Source of the DNA: Octopus sinensis
Taxonomy: Eukaryota
Direction of reading: 5' to 3'
NCBI RefSeq assembly: GCF_006345805.1
Contig: NC_042998.1
Location: forward strand, 52,452,001-52,516,000
Length of the DNA: 64,000 nucleotides
Each line of letters starts with the position of its first letter. Position 1 is the first letter of the stretch. Position numbers and translations under genes: made by a program. This document shows positions 11,113 through 23,499 of this stretch, piece after piece. The notes under the pieces are model-generated. The model did no database searches and was not told the origin of the DNA. It saw only the letters and a list, made by a program, of their open reading frames with translations.

Positions 11113-11592
11113 GGAGGCACAATGGCCTGGTGGTTAGGGCAGCGGGCTCACAGTAATAAGAACGCGGTTTCGATTCCTGGTCTTGGCAGTGTGAGTGTTT
11201 ATTGAGAAAAACACCTAAGCTCCACAAGGCTCCGGTGTGGGTGGTGGTGGTGAACCCTGCTGTACTCTTTCACCACAACTTTCTCTCACTCTTTCTTCCT
11301 ACTTCTGCCACAAAGCAGAGGAACCATGGTGTAACCTACTATGGTGTGGTAAAACTTTCAGACCCTAGTCTAGATTGCGAATCCTCTGTTCCCCAGGATG
11401 GCTCAGCTCTCCACCCTTTAAAAGCCACTGTTTATGGAATGAGGATAACAACGTAGCTTTCACACCTGTGCAACTGCCAGTCTATCGCATGTGGTGGGTG
11501 GATTTTCGAGTTGCCACACACATTCTTAGTAGCTTAGAGTAGGCTCAAATTAGAGATTATTCTTTGTGGCTAATGGCATGAGTCCTGATTGG
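11113..11592 (+). mobile_element. SINE family A, tail type 3, running into (GAA)n
   Basis: ggaggcacaatggcctggtggttagggcagcgg head. Body shared to about 11297, then a third distinct tail. Confidence 0.7.
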
Positions 11593-11762
11593 AAGAAGAA
11601 GAAGAAGAAGAAGAAGAAGAAGAAGAAGAAGAAAGAAGAAGAAGAAGAAGAAGAAGAAGAACAAGAAGAAGAAGAAGAAGAAGAAGGAGGAGGATGAGGA
11701 GGAGGGGGAGGAGGAGGAGGAGGAGGAGGAGAAGAAGAAGAAGAAGAAGAAGAAGAAGAAGG
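11593..11762. repeat. (GAA)n/(GGA)n polypurine microsatellite
   Basis: Directly visible. Confidence 0.97.
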
Positions 11763-11999
11763 CACCAACACTGACAAGAACACCAATCCTGACATCACCT
11801 CCAACAATTAATCTGTTTTGGACTCATTAATCAAAGAATGCAATGAAAGATTCAATGATTAGGTTTTTAAAAAAAAACTTGGTAACACCCTGAAACTAAT
11901 TTTCCAATCTGATTTAATTAATGTACCAAAGGCACCAGAAAGTTATAAATGGAGCTGATTGGGCTGTCTGAAGATAATATCTCTTATCTTTTATCTTTT

Positions 12000-12383
12000 A
12001 CCTTCTATCTTTTATTCATTCCAGTCATTAGACTGTAGCCATGCTGGGGCACTACCTTGAAGAATTTTTAGTTGAATGTAGTTATTTTTTTGTAAGCCTG
12101 GTATTTGTTCTATCAGTGTCTTTTGTGAACTGCCAAGTTATGGTGGCATAAATATACCAGCACTAATGGTCAAGCAGTAATGGGGTATAAACACAGGTAG
12201 CAAGACATACACACTCACTCACACACACACAGTCACACACAAATACACACACACACTCACATACACACACACATTCACTCACCCAGACACACACGCACAC
12301 TCACACACATACACACACATATACACACACACACACTCACTCTCACACATATACACACACACATACACACACATACACACACA

Positions 12384-12414
<31 letters not shown>

Positions 12415-12575
12415 CACGACAGACTTCTTTCAGTTTCCATCTGCAAAATCCACTCACAGGGCTTTGTTTGGCTCAAAACTATAGTAGAAGACCACTGCCC
12501 AAGGTGTCACACAGTGAGACTGTACCCAGAACCATGTGGTTGGGAAGCAAGCTTCACATTACACAGCCACGCCTG
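12000..12575 (-). mobile_element. SINE family B, diverged, with expanded (CA)n
   Basis: Homology to the 1506 element on both sides of the (CA)n tract. Confidence 0.8.
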
Positions 12576-13104
12576 AAATTTCTGTCTGATCGTATGGAGG
12601 ATTTCTTTAAAATTTAGTAAAAAGGCAGTAGATTGCCTTTGCCTTTACAAACATACATGCTGGCTGATCTTATCCTTTCTTACACAATACTAGTGTGATT
12701 TCATATTCTCATATTTGACACAAATCAAAAATTCATTGAGAATACAAATGACAAATAAACACCTGGAAAACTAATTAAAACTAAAATCTTCCGTGTTAGA
12801 TCCTGTTTTCATAAATGTTGCCTCACCAGATGCAATTTCAATGAAGTAATTAAATTATTAAAAAAAGGTAAATGAATAAGTTATTTGTCTTAAAATGTCT
12901 CGTCTTTCAGTTATATTCTGTCTGCTAGTTCCATTACAGCTTTGTAAAATAACTGTTAAAATCAAGCTGCACTCTTTAAAACTTGCACTAAGAATATGTG
13001 CATGGTAAAATTACTACCTGCTTTTATAGCAAGTTGATGCAAGTAGTTTATCCTGTCCCCCTCAAACTTTTAGCTTTCATGCAATTGAAAGAAAACACAT
13101 TATT

Positions 13105-13305
13105 TATTGGATGCCGGTGGCACGTAAAAAGCACCCACTACACTCACGGAGTGGTTGGTGTTCGGAAGGGCATCCAGCCGTAGAAACACTGCCAGATCAG
13201 ACTGGGCCTGGTGCAGCCCTCTGGCTTCCCAGACCCCAGTTGAACCGTCTAACCCATGCTAGCTTGGAAAGCGGACGCTAAATGATGATAATGATGATGA
13301 TGATA
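13105..13305 (+). mobile_element. RTE 3' end with (GAT)n tail
   Basis: ggaagggcatccagccgtagaaac...ggaaagcggacgctaaatgatgat. Further copies at about 14525, 20760, 33100, 43295, 53510 and 58420. Confidence 0.8.
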
Positions 13306-13679
13306 TAAGCATCCAACCACAGAAACCAAGCCAATTCAGATTGGATTGGAATCTGGTGCAGCTCTCCTTACTTGATAGCTTGGATCAAACTGTCCAAGTG
13401 ATGCTAGCATGGAAAATAGACATTAAATAATAACAGTAGTCACCATCATCATCATCATCATAGTGGTTGCAATCAAATGACTGAAACAAATAAAAGATAT
13501 TAATCAAATTATGGAATATTATAGATCCATTATAGCCAAACTCACCATTTGGTGAGTATGCATGCCATGCTTGAAGAGCATGTGTATTAGATACTTACTA
13601 TGTTATGTAATATACAACTATCTAACATATGGTGCCAAACCAGTTGGTAAGGTTATATACTTTGATATATATATATATA

Positions 13680-13724
<45 letters not shown>

Positions 13725-13726
13725 TG

Positions 13727-14065
13727 TTGTTGTGTCTGGGAAGAGTCATTTTCTTTTTGTGCCTTATAATGTAACACACTCACCGGTAAAATTTCCCCTT
13801 ATTTCTTAATTTTATTTTCCAAAAATTTTCATTATGTCTTGTAACCTTTTCAATAGTCTTGACTCTTGAAAAGACTATTGAAAAGGTTGCAAGACACAAC
13901 GAAAATTTTAGGAAAATAAAAATAAGAAATAAGGGGAAATTTTACCGGTGAGTGTGTTACATTATAAGGCACAAAAAGAAAATGACTCTCCCCAGACACA
14001 ACAGAATATGCTTCAACACACGAACTCATATAAAGTATCTTGCAAACCAAAACCAAAAACGAAAT
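13727..14065. repeat. Fold-back element, arms of about 133 bp (13727-13860 and 13871-14002), 10-nt loop
   Basis: gtgtctgggaagagtcattttctttttgtgccttataatgtaacacactcaccggtaaaatttcccc is mirrored by ggggaaattttaccggtgagtgtgttacattataaggcacaaaaagaaaatgactctcccagacac. Confidence 0.93.
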
Positions 14066-14088
14066 ATATATATGTGTGTGTGTGTGTG

Positions 14089-14126
<38 letters not shown>

Positions 14127-14139
14127 TAAATGAAAGCTG

Positions 14140-14480
14140 AAAGATGGAAGATACGAGAACATTTATTAATCATGACAGTTGTTTTGGCACATTAGTATTG
14201 ATCACTCACAGGTAGGGTATTTAACAACTGATTCAGTAACATCCGGCAGTGCCGATGTGTCCCTTCGGATGATAAATAGATATAACTCGCTAAAATAACA
14301 GTTCCGCAATGTATCTCCTCATTTCATGTAAAGAAAAGCAGTAAAACAAAGGATATATCTTGATTTATATAGAAGATCAAAAATAAAATAACAGATGCAA
14401 AAAAGAAACGAATATGCAATACAGCGAGGAAAGCATAAAAAATAACCGTTAACAGATATGGATGTATAAATGCTCTTGCG
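14140..14480 (-). mobile_element. Non-autonomous PLE-like repeat (family M) with degenerate hammerhead
   Basis: Homologous to 60235-60535. Minus strand atcat CCGAAGG gacac...gtgcc AAAA caactgtc atgat. Confidence 0.55.
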
Positions 14481-14859
14481 CAAGATGCATGGTGCTCATC
14501 ATCATTCAACTCACCATTAACACTCATCATCATTATCATCATTTAACAGCCATTGTCCATGCTGGTATGGGTTGGATGGTTTCACCAAGGCTGGTAACCT
14601 CAGGGGCTGCACCAACTTCAGTCTGAGAGTGAAATGAGTGCTTTTACATGTCACCAGCATGGGTGCCAGTTATGTGACACTGGCATTGGCCACATTGTCT
14701 CCATGAGGCCCAGCGCTCAAATGGCGCTTTTTAGACACCACCATAATGGGTGCCAGTTATGTGACACTGGCATCATTTATAATAAAAACCATTTTACTTT
14801 AATCTGAAGAGTTACCCCATACTTTTGTCGATTTTTAATTTATTATTCTTTAAAAAGAA

Positions 14860-15129
14860 TAATATTGACAATGACTTTGAAGTTTCAGGTATGAGAAATA
14901 TGTCGGAGAAATTGGAACTGAGGATAGAGCAGACCCAAAAAACTGTTCTATTTGGTACAGCTAGGATTTTCAGATTAGTGCTTGGGTGTTGAATACCCTC
15001 CACATTAAGTTAACATCCAGGTACTAAAACTTATGATTTGTAGAAAGAGACTCTGCGAGACCTCTGACAATAAGTTGCTGCCTGCTCTCACAGAATCAAC
15101 TAAAGCAAGTAAGACTGAGAGCTCTGAGA

Positions 15130-15181
<52 letters not shown>

Positions 15182-15182
15182 T
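14860..15182 (+). pseudogene. 3' end of an RLE-type non-LTR retrotransposon (R4/Dong-like) with (AAT)n tail
   Basis: 14924-14992 translates IEQTQKTVLFGTARIFRLVLGC*, matching the C-terminal Q.KT.LLGTARILR.VL motif. Short 3' UTR, then (AAT)n. Confidence 0.8.
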
Positions 15183-15184
15183 TA

Positions 15185-15420
15185 CGGAGATGTACTTGCA
15201 TAGCAAGTGATTTGATCTGAGATCGTGTGCTGAAACGAAAACAATTGCAATGTGGAAGGTGTTTGTAAGCCATTTAAGAAACACACAAAAGCCGTTTGAT
15301 TCACTTCAACATTTAAGTTTAATTTGTCAAAATATTTTTGTCACTTTAAGACTGCGACCTGTTCACTGACAAAAATTCGTGCTTTAAAGCGATGAAAATA
15401 TTTTGACAAATTAAACTTAA
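15185..15420. mobile_element. Short repeat (family G) with snap-back end
   Basis: Reverse complement of 44950-45150. Inverted arms at 15313-15349 and 15381-15420. Confidence 0.75.
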
Positions 15421-15529
15421 TAATAATAATAATAATGATAATAATAATAATAATAATAATAATAATATAATAATAATAATGATAACAATAGGCATAAGGT
15501 GAACACTTGCTGAGAAGAGTTAATCATTA

Positions 15530-15785
15530 CCATTAACACCAGTACTTGATTGGTACTTTTTTATAGTAATAATATTGATTTCAAAATTTGGCACAAGGCC
15601 AGCAATTTTGGGGAAGGGGTCAATTGATTACTTGACCCCAGTACTCAACTAGTGCTTATTTGGTTGACTCTGAAAGGATGGAAGGCAAAGTTGACCTCAG
15701 CAGAATTTGAACTCATAACATAAAGACAGATGGAATGTTGCAAAGCATTTCACCTGGTGTGCTAATTATTCGGCCATTTTACTGT
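15530..15785 (-). mobile_element. SINE family C, diverged
   Basis: gaaaggatggaaggcaaagttgacctcagcagaatttgaactc. Confidence 0.75.
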
Positions 15786-16544
15786 TTTTATAATGGCAAT
15801 ATTAACCAACAAGAATATGTTTACTTTTCTTTGCGTTCTATTCTAAAATTACTATACATTTAAAAAAATAAAAAGCTGCAAAACAAACAATAGAAATACA
15901 ATAACAAGGAAATGACCTTTAAAAGCCAATATTAACATTATTTCCCACCTACACATGCATGCACGCACATTCAACACTTTTCCTCCATTACCATCACCAT
16001 GGACAACACATCCTTTGAGCTATGGAATAAGCCTTTATATGGTCATAGAGCAAGTGAAGGAGGGAGCGTCTATGCATTGACTTGACTTGTTAGAAATAAC
16101 AGCCAAATCACTCTCTTAAGTCAAAGCCTATCAAATTAAAATATTTAATTGTGTAGAGTATACTCTTGTATACCACTTGGTACTTGGTGTGGAGGCCCAG
16201 GGAGACAGTTTGGGGAGGCGGGGATGACACCAACTTTCTTAGTCACCATCTAAGGTGTTCTGTTCAGAGAAGTGGAAAGCCCTGTGGTGATGGAGTGAAT
16301 GTAACAATAGTAGGTGTAAATAACTGGAAGTTGCTTGCAAGAACTTTGCACACAGGTGGCTCACTCCCATTAGTTGTGTCAGAGCTGAAGTCTGAGCATC
16401 AGCAGGCTGAGATAGCAGTATGAATGCCTGTGTAGCTCTTTCATGCATAAATCGATGACATAGGCAGTCGGTTTTGCAATCACAAGGTTACAGGTTCAAT
16501 TGCATTGAAGGTAACTTTTGGTTAATATTTTCTACAATAGCTCA

Positions 16545-16868
16545 GTGGTTAGAGTGCTGGGCTCACAATCATGAGATAGTGAGTTCAATTCCCAGACCAG
16601 GCTGTGTGTTGTATTCTTGAGCAAGACACTTTGTTTCATGTTGCTCCAGTCTACTCTGCTGTAGAAATGAGTTGTGATGTCAGTGGTGCCAAGCTATGTT
16701 GGTCTTTGCCTTTCCCTTGGATAACATCAGTGGCGTGGAGAGGGATGATTGTTATGCATGGGTGACTGCTGGTTTTCCATAAACAACCTTGCCCAGATTT
16801 GTGCCTCAGAGAGGAACATTCTCAGTACAATTCCATGGTCATTCTTGACCAAAGGGAGTCCTTTAGCC
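16545..16868 (+). mobile_element. tRNA-headed SINE, family D
   Basis: cagtggttagagtgctgggctcacaatcatgagatagtgagttcaattccc head and cttgagcaagacac...gttgctccagtctactc body. Copies at 36283 and 51665 on the minus strand. Confidence 0.85.
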
Positions 16869-17018
16869 TTAAGTGAATACAAGTCTCATGTGTGAATCAA
16901 GGAAATTAAAAACTATTTGGAAGCTTAATAGTTCGGTTGTACCTCTTATTCAAAATGCTAGCTTTGTTACATAACATGTCATGCAGATTTTGATTAAGGA
17001 TTACTCTAAGGATATGAA

Positions 17019-17241
17019 CAAGAGGGTGTTGAAAAGTTTCTGGTTTCAAGGGTATCACAAAAGGCCTGGCTGGTGGCCCAACCTTCTGAATTCTTTTTAC
17101 AGGGCTTAGAAAAATTAAAGGACCACTGTAATAAGTGTGTGAATCTGAGAGCAGGAATATGTTGAATAAAATCATAATTGACTGATACTTTTGTATTTTT
17201 CTTTTACCACAAAGTTAGGAAATTTTCAGCATCCCCTCATA
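17019..17241 (+). mobile_element. Mariner-derived MITE
   Basis: TIRs gagggtgttgaaaagtttctggttt / aaagttaggaaattttcagcatcccctcata. Interior translates FFLQGLEKLKDHCNKCVNLR (mariner C-terminus). Same family as 26419. Confidence 0.8.
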
Positions 17242-17824
17242 TGTCTATGGAATACTCATCCACCTATACTACAATTTAATAAGTTGGCAGTTCAGTTGAC
17301 TGAACTGTTGAAGTACCTATCGTAATCCATTTACTGTTTCCATCTGAATAACAAGATAAGATAATTTAGAGCAAAACAGTAATGATATCACAACGATATT
17401 GACAATGGTTATAGCAAGCATCAGGTCAGGGACATCCTGCTACTTTTACAATGTAATCCATTACTACTTGTTTTGAGGTCAGGTGGATGGTGACTAAACT
17501 GGCTGTCTTACCTGGCTTGCTATCACCTCTATTCTTGGACACACAATCATCCACGCATGCACACACACACACACACACACACATACACACACACACACAC
17601 CACACACACACACACAAATTTATTTTTTCCATTGTTGATCCCATTCATTCTCTATATGGGCATAAATGTAATTCTTTCCAGATAAATTGTACTTCATAGT
17701 CAAGGCTCCAATAGAGTTGTAAAGTGTTATTCAGGCACTCAACTTACAATCATGAGATTCTGAGCTCAATTCCACAAACAATCTTGTCCAGACTTGTGCC
17801 ATGGAGGGGAACTTTCTAGGAGCA

Positions 17825-17996
17825 CTCTCTTGGTCATTCGTGACCAAAGATAGTCTTTACTGTTTTTACCGTCTCTAAAGTACTTCAGCTTTCACCATTT
17901 TACATCTTGCTCTCTTGGTCATTCGAGACCAAAGACAGTCTTTACTGTTCTTATCATCTCCAAAGTACTTCAGCTTTCACCATTTTACATCTTGCT
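17825..17996. repeat. Tandem duplication, 85-bp unit
   Basis: ctctcttggtcattcg...ttttacatcttg starts at 17825 and 17910. Confidence 0.92.
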
Positions 17997-18724
17997 TTCT
18001 TTGTATAAACCAGCTGATTCCTACACATTTAAATATTTTTCTATGAATTATTGAAACCATTGTTCGTATAGCTCTGGCTTATCTATTGTTAACTATTCAA
18101 GAGAGACAAAGCAGTATAATCTATTTTCTGTTTGACACACTTTGGTGATGTGATTAACACTTGAAATAGATTTTTTAACACAAGTCATTATCATCAGTGT
18201 TTTAGTAACCCATTTACAACACAGTGTTTCCATTCATTTTGAAAATTATCAAGAATTTAGAAAAGCTTAATAAAAATGTCATCATTAAACTGATGTGTGG
18301 AACAACAATAGGTATTTTACATAAAATTATGATGAGGGTTTTTAATTTCAGTGTAGCTGCTTTAAATTTGGCAGTTTTGCATTACAGAATCACAGCCATA
18401 TATGGATGTGTATTTAAAGGTTTAAAAGCTAGTCTTTACTCTTGGGAATAAATAATATAATGGGATTATAGGATTATATGTGGATGTTGATTTAGTACAA
18501 ACATAACAAACTTCCTATGTTTTTTTTCATTCTTTTCCTAAATTTGAAGCATCATGATGACATGAAAAGAAATAATTTTTATTTTATTACAGTTTAATGT
18601 CATTCATACTTATTGTTATTATTTAACCCTAGGCAAACAAGTAATTTCTTATCCCTTTGTAGACAATAAAATAAATAGGCACCAGATAGAAATAGAGGTT
18701 AATCTTAATAGACTAACTAACTGG

Positions 18725-19005
18725 CAATCCATCGGTTATGTTGATGAGTGCTCCAGTTGACCCAATCAATAGAACAGCCTGGAACAGCCCTCTTGTGAAA
18801 TTAATGTGCAAGTGGCTGAGCCTTCCACAGACATGCATACATTTAATGTGATAAGGCTGGCTCCTTGAAATGTAGGTACTACTCATTTTTTTCCAGCTGA
18901 GTGGAGCAATGTGAAATAAAGTGTCTTATTCAAGGATACAAAACACTGCCAGGAATCAAACTCATGATCTTACAGCCATGAGTCAAATACACTAACCATG
19001 AAGCC
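18725..19005 (-). mobile_element. SINE, family D-related head with a different tail
   Basis: gagtggagcaatgtgaaataaagtgtcttattcaagg...ggaatcaaactcatgatc, homologous to the D head. Confidence 0.65.
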
Positions 19006-19574
19006 TTACAATCACAATGATTGATGACACACACAAAAAAGCCTTAAAGCCTTAAAGCTTTAAAACTTTATTAGAAACCAATGTTGTTGACAGATTGATC
19101 CGCCCAAGTGATACGTGCTGAAAGGACTTGGAGGCCGATCCAGTTTTGAAATGTAATAGTTAATCAGAGGTCGTCTTTTGGTAGATGTACCTCAATAGCA
19201 AAAGAAATTTGGGCTTTTTGACTACACATATCAAAACACCATGTCTCGAAAGGGTTAAAGAAAATACTAGGGCAGAAGAATGCTCAAACTGAGCAGAGAT
19301 AAGCTTTGCCTTCACTTATACTTGCCAGCTTGTGATAAACAAATTGTAATTATTCCTTGTCTCAACCGAACAGAATTATGCTCGAAGGCATTCTATCCAT
19401 GATGAACCAGTCATTTTGTGTGAACAGATAATCATAGGGCAGTAAGATGTGATTCTACAGAGATTTAGCTGTTTTTATTTAAGTTTTGTAGTAGGTTGGG
19501 TAAAAATCATAAACAGTCTTCTGTTGGTTCCTACAAGTATTCTGCAAACTTGATTCATCATACAAATGCTTTGA

Positions 19575-20320
19575 ATATTGGTGGCACTCAGCAAGCTGTC
19601 TCGCAGGAATTCCCAGGTCTCCTCTATATCACAAATTTGTAACTCCTCCTCCCTCTCATCACATTTCTCAATTAGGATGTCCCTAAATCTCCTACCATAT
19701 GAAGGGTCCTTAAGCTTCCAAATCCTTCTTTTCCAGATTGGTCTGCTTCTTGGTATCCTTCTGGCCTGGAGTCTAAAATCACTAATGACTCATCAATGCT
19801 GAGGGATACATTCTTCACCAGGGAGGGTCTTTGTATTTAAGAGCAACCATGCATCCCACTGTCTAGGGAGAATGAAATCGATTTGGCTAGAAGAATCACC
19901 TGATTGATAGGTTATCAGGTGGATGGCTGGCTTCCTGAAGTTGGTGTTGCAGATCAAAAGGTCATTTGCACGACAGAACTCCAGTAGCCTTGTTCCCTCT
20001 TTTTTTCGGGCCCCCATGAACACCATGAAAGATATCAAGCTTAAAATAGCTGGTGCTGTGGATTATCATGTAGTCACGTGTATTGTAAATCAGGTGGTTC
20101 ATGAAGGAGCCATGGCCGGTGAAATCCTCAGCCACGAAGATGAGATCATTGTCACTTGTCTTTGAGGTTGCCTGCAGAAGAATATCATAAAAGTGGTCCT
20201 TCTGTTCATTTGGTAAGCCTGCTTGTGGGACATAGGCAGATATAATTGTAGCTATACTATTCTGCAAGACTAGCCTATGTTTAAGTACACTATCACACAC
20301 TCTGACTACCTCTATGATCT
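19575..20320 (-). pseudogene. RTE LINE APE-endonuclease fragment, frameshifted
   Basis: IISAYVPQAGLPNEQKDHFYDILL...LIFVAEDF and EGTRLLEFCRANDLLICNTNFRKP...ITYQSG...QIDFIL...GEECIPQH. Confidence 0.9.
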
Positions 20321-20579
20321 TAATAATATTTTTTTATAAGCTTAAAGTTTATAAGCAATTACTGTGCAATGACTAAAGAAAATAGTCTAATATTGGGGCA
20401 TATAAGCTCTCAGTGGAAAAAAGTATATTGCTCAAAACAGTTTGATTCGGATTCTGTGCTACTTAAAGTTTCCAAACCCCTAACAGGCCTTTTCCTCGGG
20501 TCGGTGAAAATTCAAATAAATGTAGAGGTGCAGGAAGGCCAACATAGCTACCACACTTTCTTTCGTTTCTCCACTCACT

Positions 20580-20623
<44 letters not shown>

Positions 20624-21250
20624 TGTGTGCGAGCATGTGTATGCATGTGTGTTTCTGCATTTATATATGTATATGTATGTGTATGTTAGTGTCTCTTTGA
20701 CATCATGTGATAGTAACACCTGAGGTCATGGCTGGAGCACAGTGCATTGCTTGTAAACAGGTGAGGGTAGGTGACAGGAAACGCATCCAGCCATAGAGAA
20801 TCCACCTCTACAACTGCTGTCTAACCCAAGCACGCATGGAAAAGTTGATGTTAAAATGATAATGACGACAACATTGACAATGACGACGATTACATGTAGA
20901 TAGCTCAATGACTTTTGTGTTTATTCATGTATCATATGCATTCACGTATAACCTGCACATGTCATTGTGGACAATGAAACTGCAGAAACGTATCTTATGT
21001 ATACAATATTCATTGCCTGTTGTTTGTTTAGTATTATGTTTTATGGGAAAAGGAGTGTTTTGTCCAATTCACGACAATCTCTCCATAAAATAAATTGAAA
21101 ATGTTCACATAGTCTAAATGAAACAAAATGTAAATTTGAATGTGGCTTTGAACTTTACTGGTGTAGGCCATAAAAGTACATCAATATAAAGTCAATATTG
21201 TAGAAATCAAGGAAACATGTCGTTTTCTGAACAAATAGAAGTGTATATCA

Positions 21251-22295
21251 ATCTGAGTTCAAATTCCGCCGAGGTCGACTTTGCCTTTTATCCTTTCGGG
21301 GTCGATTAAATAAGTACCAGTTACACACTGGGGTCGATATAATCGGCATAATCTGTTTGTCTGTCCTTGTTTGTCCTCTCTGTATTTAGCCCCTTGTGGG
21401 TAGTAAAGAAATAGGTATTTCATTTGCCGTTATGTTCTGAGTTCAAATTCTGCCGAGGTCAACTTTGCCTTTCATCCTTTTGGGGTTGATTAAATAAGTA
21501 CCTGTTACACACTGTGGTCGATATAATCGACTTAGTCCATTTGTCTGTCCTCCTTTGTCTTCTCTGTGTTTAGCCCCTTGTGGGCAATAACAAAATAAGA
21601 AATAAGTATACGTTACTAGAGTCGATGTAATTGACTAGGATCCTCCCCCAAAATTCAGGCCTTGTGCCTATAGTAGATAGGATTATTTGATAAGCTTAAG
21701 GTGGTGAGCTGGCAGAATCATTAGCAAGATTCTTAGCATTTCATCTGACTCCACATTCAGAGATCAAATTCTGTTGAGGTCAATTTTGCCTTTCACTCTT
21801 TTGGGGTTGATAAACTAAGTACCGTTTGAGCTCTGGCATGAATGTAACCAATTTACTCCCACTCCCAAAATTGCTGGCCTTATGCCAAAATTTGCAATCC
21901 ATTTCTTATTGTTTCATGTATGTATTATATTCTGGACTCTATGTTCTGAGTTCAAATTCCACTGATGTTGATTTTTGCCTTTCAACATTTCATGGGATGA
22001 TAAAATAAAGTACGAATCAAGTACTTACCCTTCCCCTCAAAAATGATGGCCTTGTGCTAAAATTAGAAAAACAAAAAAATGGCTGCAAGCTGGTAGAGTC
22101 ATTATCATGCTAGACAAATTGCTTAGCAGCATTTCTTCCAGTTTTAGATTTTGAGTTCAAATCCCACCATTGTGAGTTTTGCCTTTCATCCTTTCACATT
22201 TGATAAAATAAGTACCAATTAAGCTCTAGGGTCGATGTAAATGACTATCTCCCTCCTTGAAAATTGCCGGCCTTGTGCCTATAGTAGAAAGGATT
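21251..22295 (+). mobile_element. Head-to-tail cluster of about 5-6 SINE family C units
   Basis: ctgagttcaaattc-like motif recurs at about 21253, 21437, 21760, 21946 and 22150, all in the same orientation. Confidence 0.8.
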
Positions 22296-22421
22296 ATATT
22301 CAGGACTGAGTTGTTCAGTATATTATTCCATTTGTAAAGCAACAGGGTGAAGTCTGAAGGAACTTTTGAAGCTATTTTCAGCAGTTTAAGCAACCACAGA
22401 CACTTTCACATTGGTTTATAT

Positions 22422-22776
22422 CAGTGGTATTCAACTGGGGTCCACGTGGCCCCTGAGGGTCCATATAAGACTTTGGGGGGGGGGGGTCCCCACAACTAAA
22501 TAGTAAATTGGGGACCCACATTAGTGTTTTAAGGGCCCCTAAAAATGTCTTGCTTTAGATGTATGTATTGGTAGGTATTGCCAGAAACAGCTAAGTTTCT
22601 CTTGAGCAAATTACATATTTCAACCTACACAAGTTAATGTTGAAAAACAAAATAAGAACTTTGAAAGAAGTTTCTATAAAACTAGTTTTTAAACATTGAA
22701 TGGCTATAGGAGGGCCACCAGAATAAAATAATAATCAAAGGGGACCGTAGATTAAAAAAATGGTTGAAAACCCCTG
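22422..22776. mobile_element. hAT (Charlie-like) MITE
   Basis: TIRs cagtggtattcaac / gttgaaaacccctg. Interior homologous to 50896-51464. Confidence 0.75.
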
Positions 22777-23499
22777 GTTTTTAAGTTTAATTGTTGCATG
22801 ATTATTTAAATTCCTTTCCGTGATATCAAACTTTAGTAGAAAGCATGCAAATTTCTCCTCTCTTTTGCCATTTAAAGATGAGTGTCAATCTTAATTTCTT
22901 CCTTACTGCACAAAACTCAAAATTTATTCATTGTATGCTTTTGTTTGTTGATTTTTTTGTTTTTGCTTTCTTTTCTTCCCTTACATTTTTTACTGGCTTA
23001 TTTAGATTCATATTCCTCTTGATTTATTTAAGTAGGCTGTAAACTTAGTAAATAGGAAGATATTTTCGATGATGCATCAATTATTGTTGTTATTATTATT
23101 GTTGTTGTTGTTGTTGTTGTTGTTGCTGCCACTGCTGTTATTATTGTTGTTGTTGTTGTTACAAGTTCTGAGACTAGTTTATATTCGTAAATTAAAATAC
23201 AAAGTTCACTGAAAACTGTAAACATCACCAGTGAAATCACAAATTTTATAACAGATTTAAAGTTATTTTCCTTCAAAAACAAACCACTCACATTTATAAA
23301 TAACATGTCTGAGTTATCAAAAAAAAAAAAAAGAATTAATAAAAAATCCAGAAAGTTGCATAATATTAAAACTAGAAGTATTTTTTCCCAGCCTGATAAT
23401 CTTTCTCCTGGTAACCACTGTTAGTTAACTATTGAATGTCTTGGTTAATTGATGCCACAAATAGCAGTGAGAAGGATTAATTCCTGTTTTACTTTTTAT

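Noticed and set aside
13871-13915. TTGAAAA-g-gttg/caac-GAAA as another U3-A8 hammerhead
   Set aside because: Stem II is plausible, but no stem I partner or clean NUH site could be found.
16166-16448. GC-elevated unique segment with ORFs on both strands
   Set aside because: No recognisable domain and no convincing splice-site pair. It cannot be told apart from old repeat debris.
22870-23030. Plus-strand polypyrimidine tract, or Lys-rich minus-strand frame
   Set aside because: Short frames bounded by stops and no coherent acceptor/donor pair.
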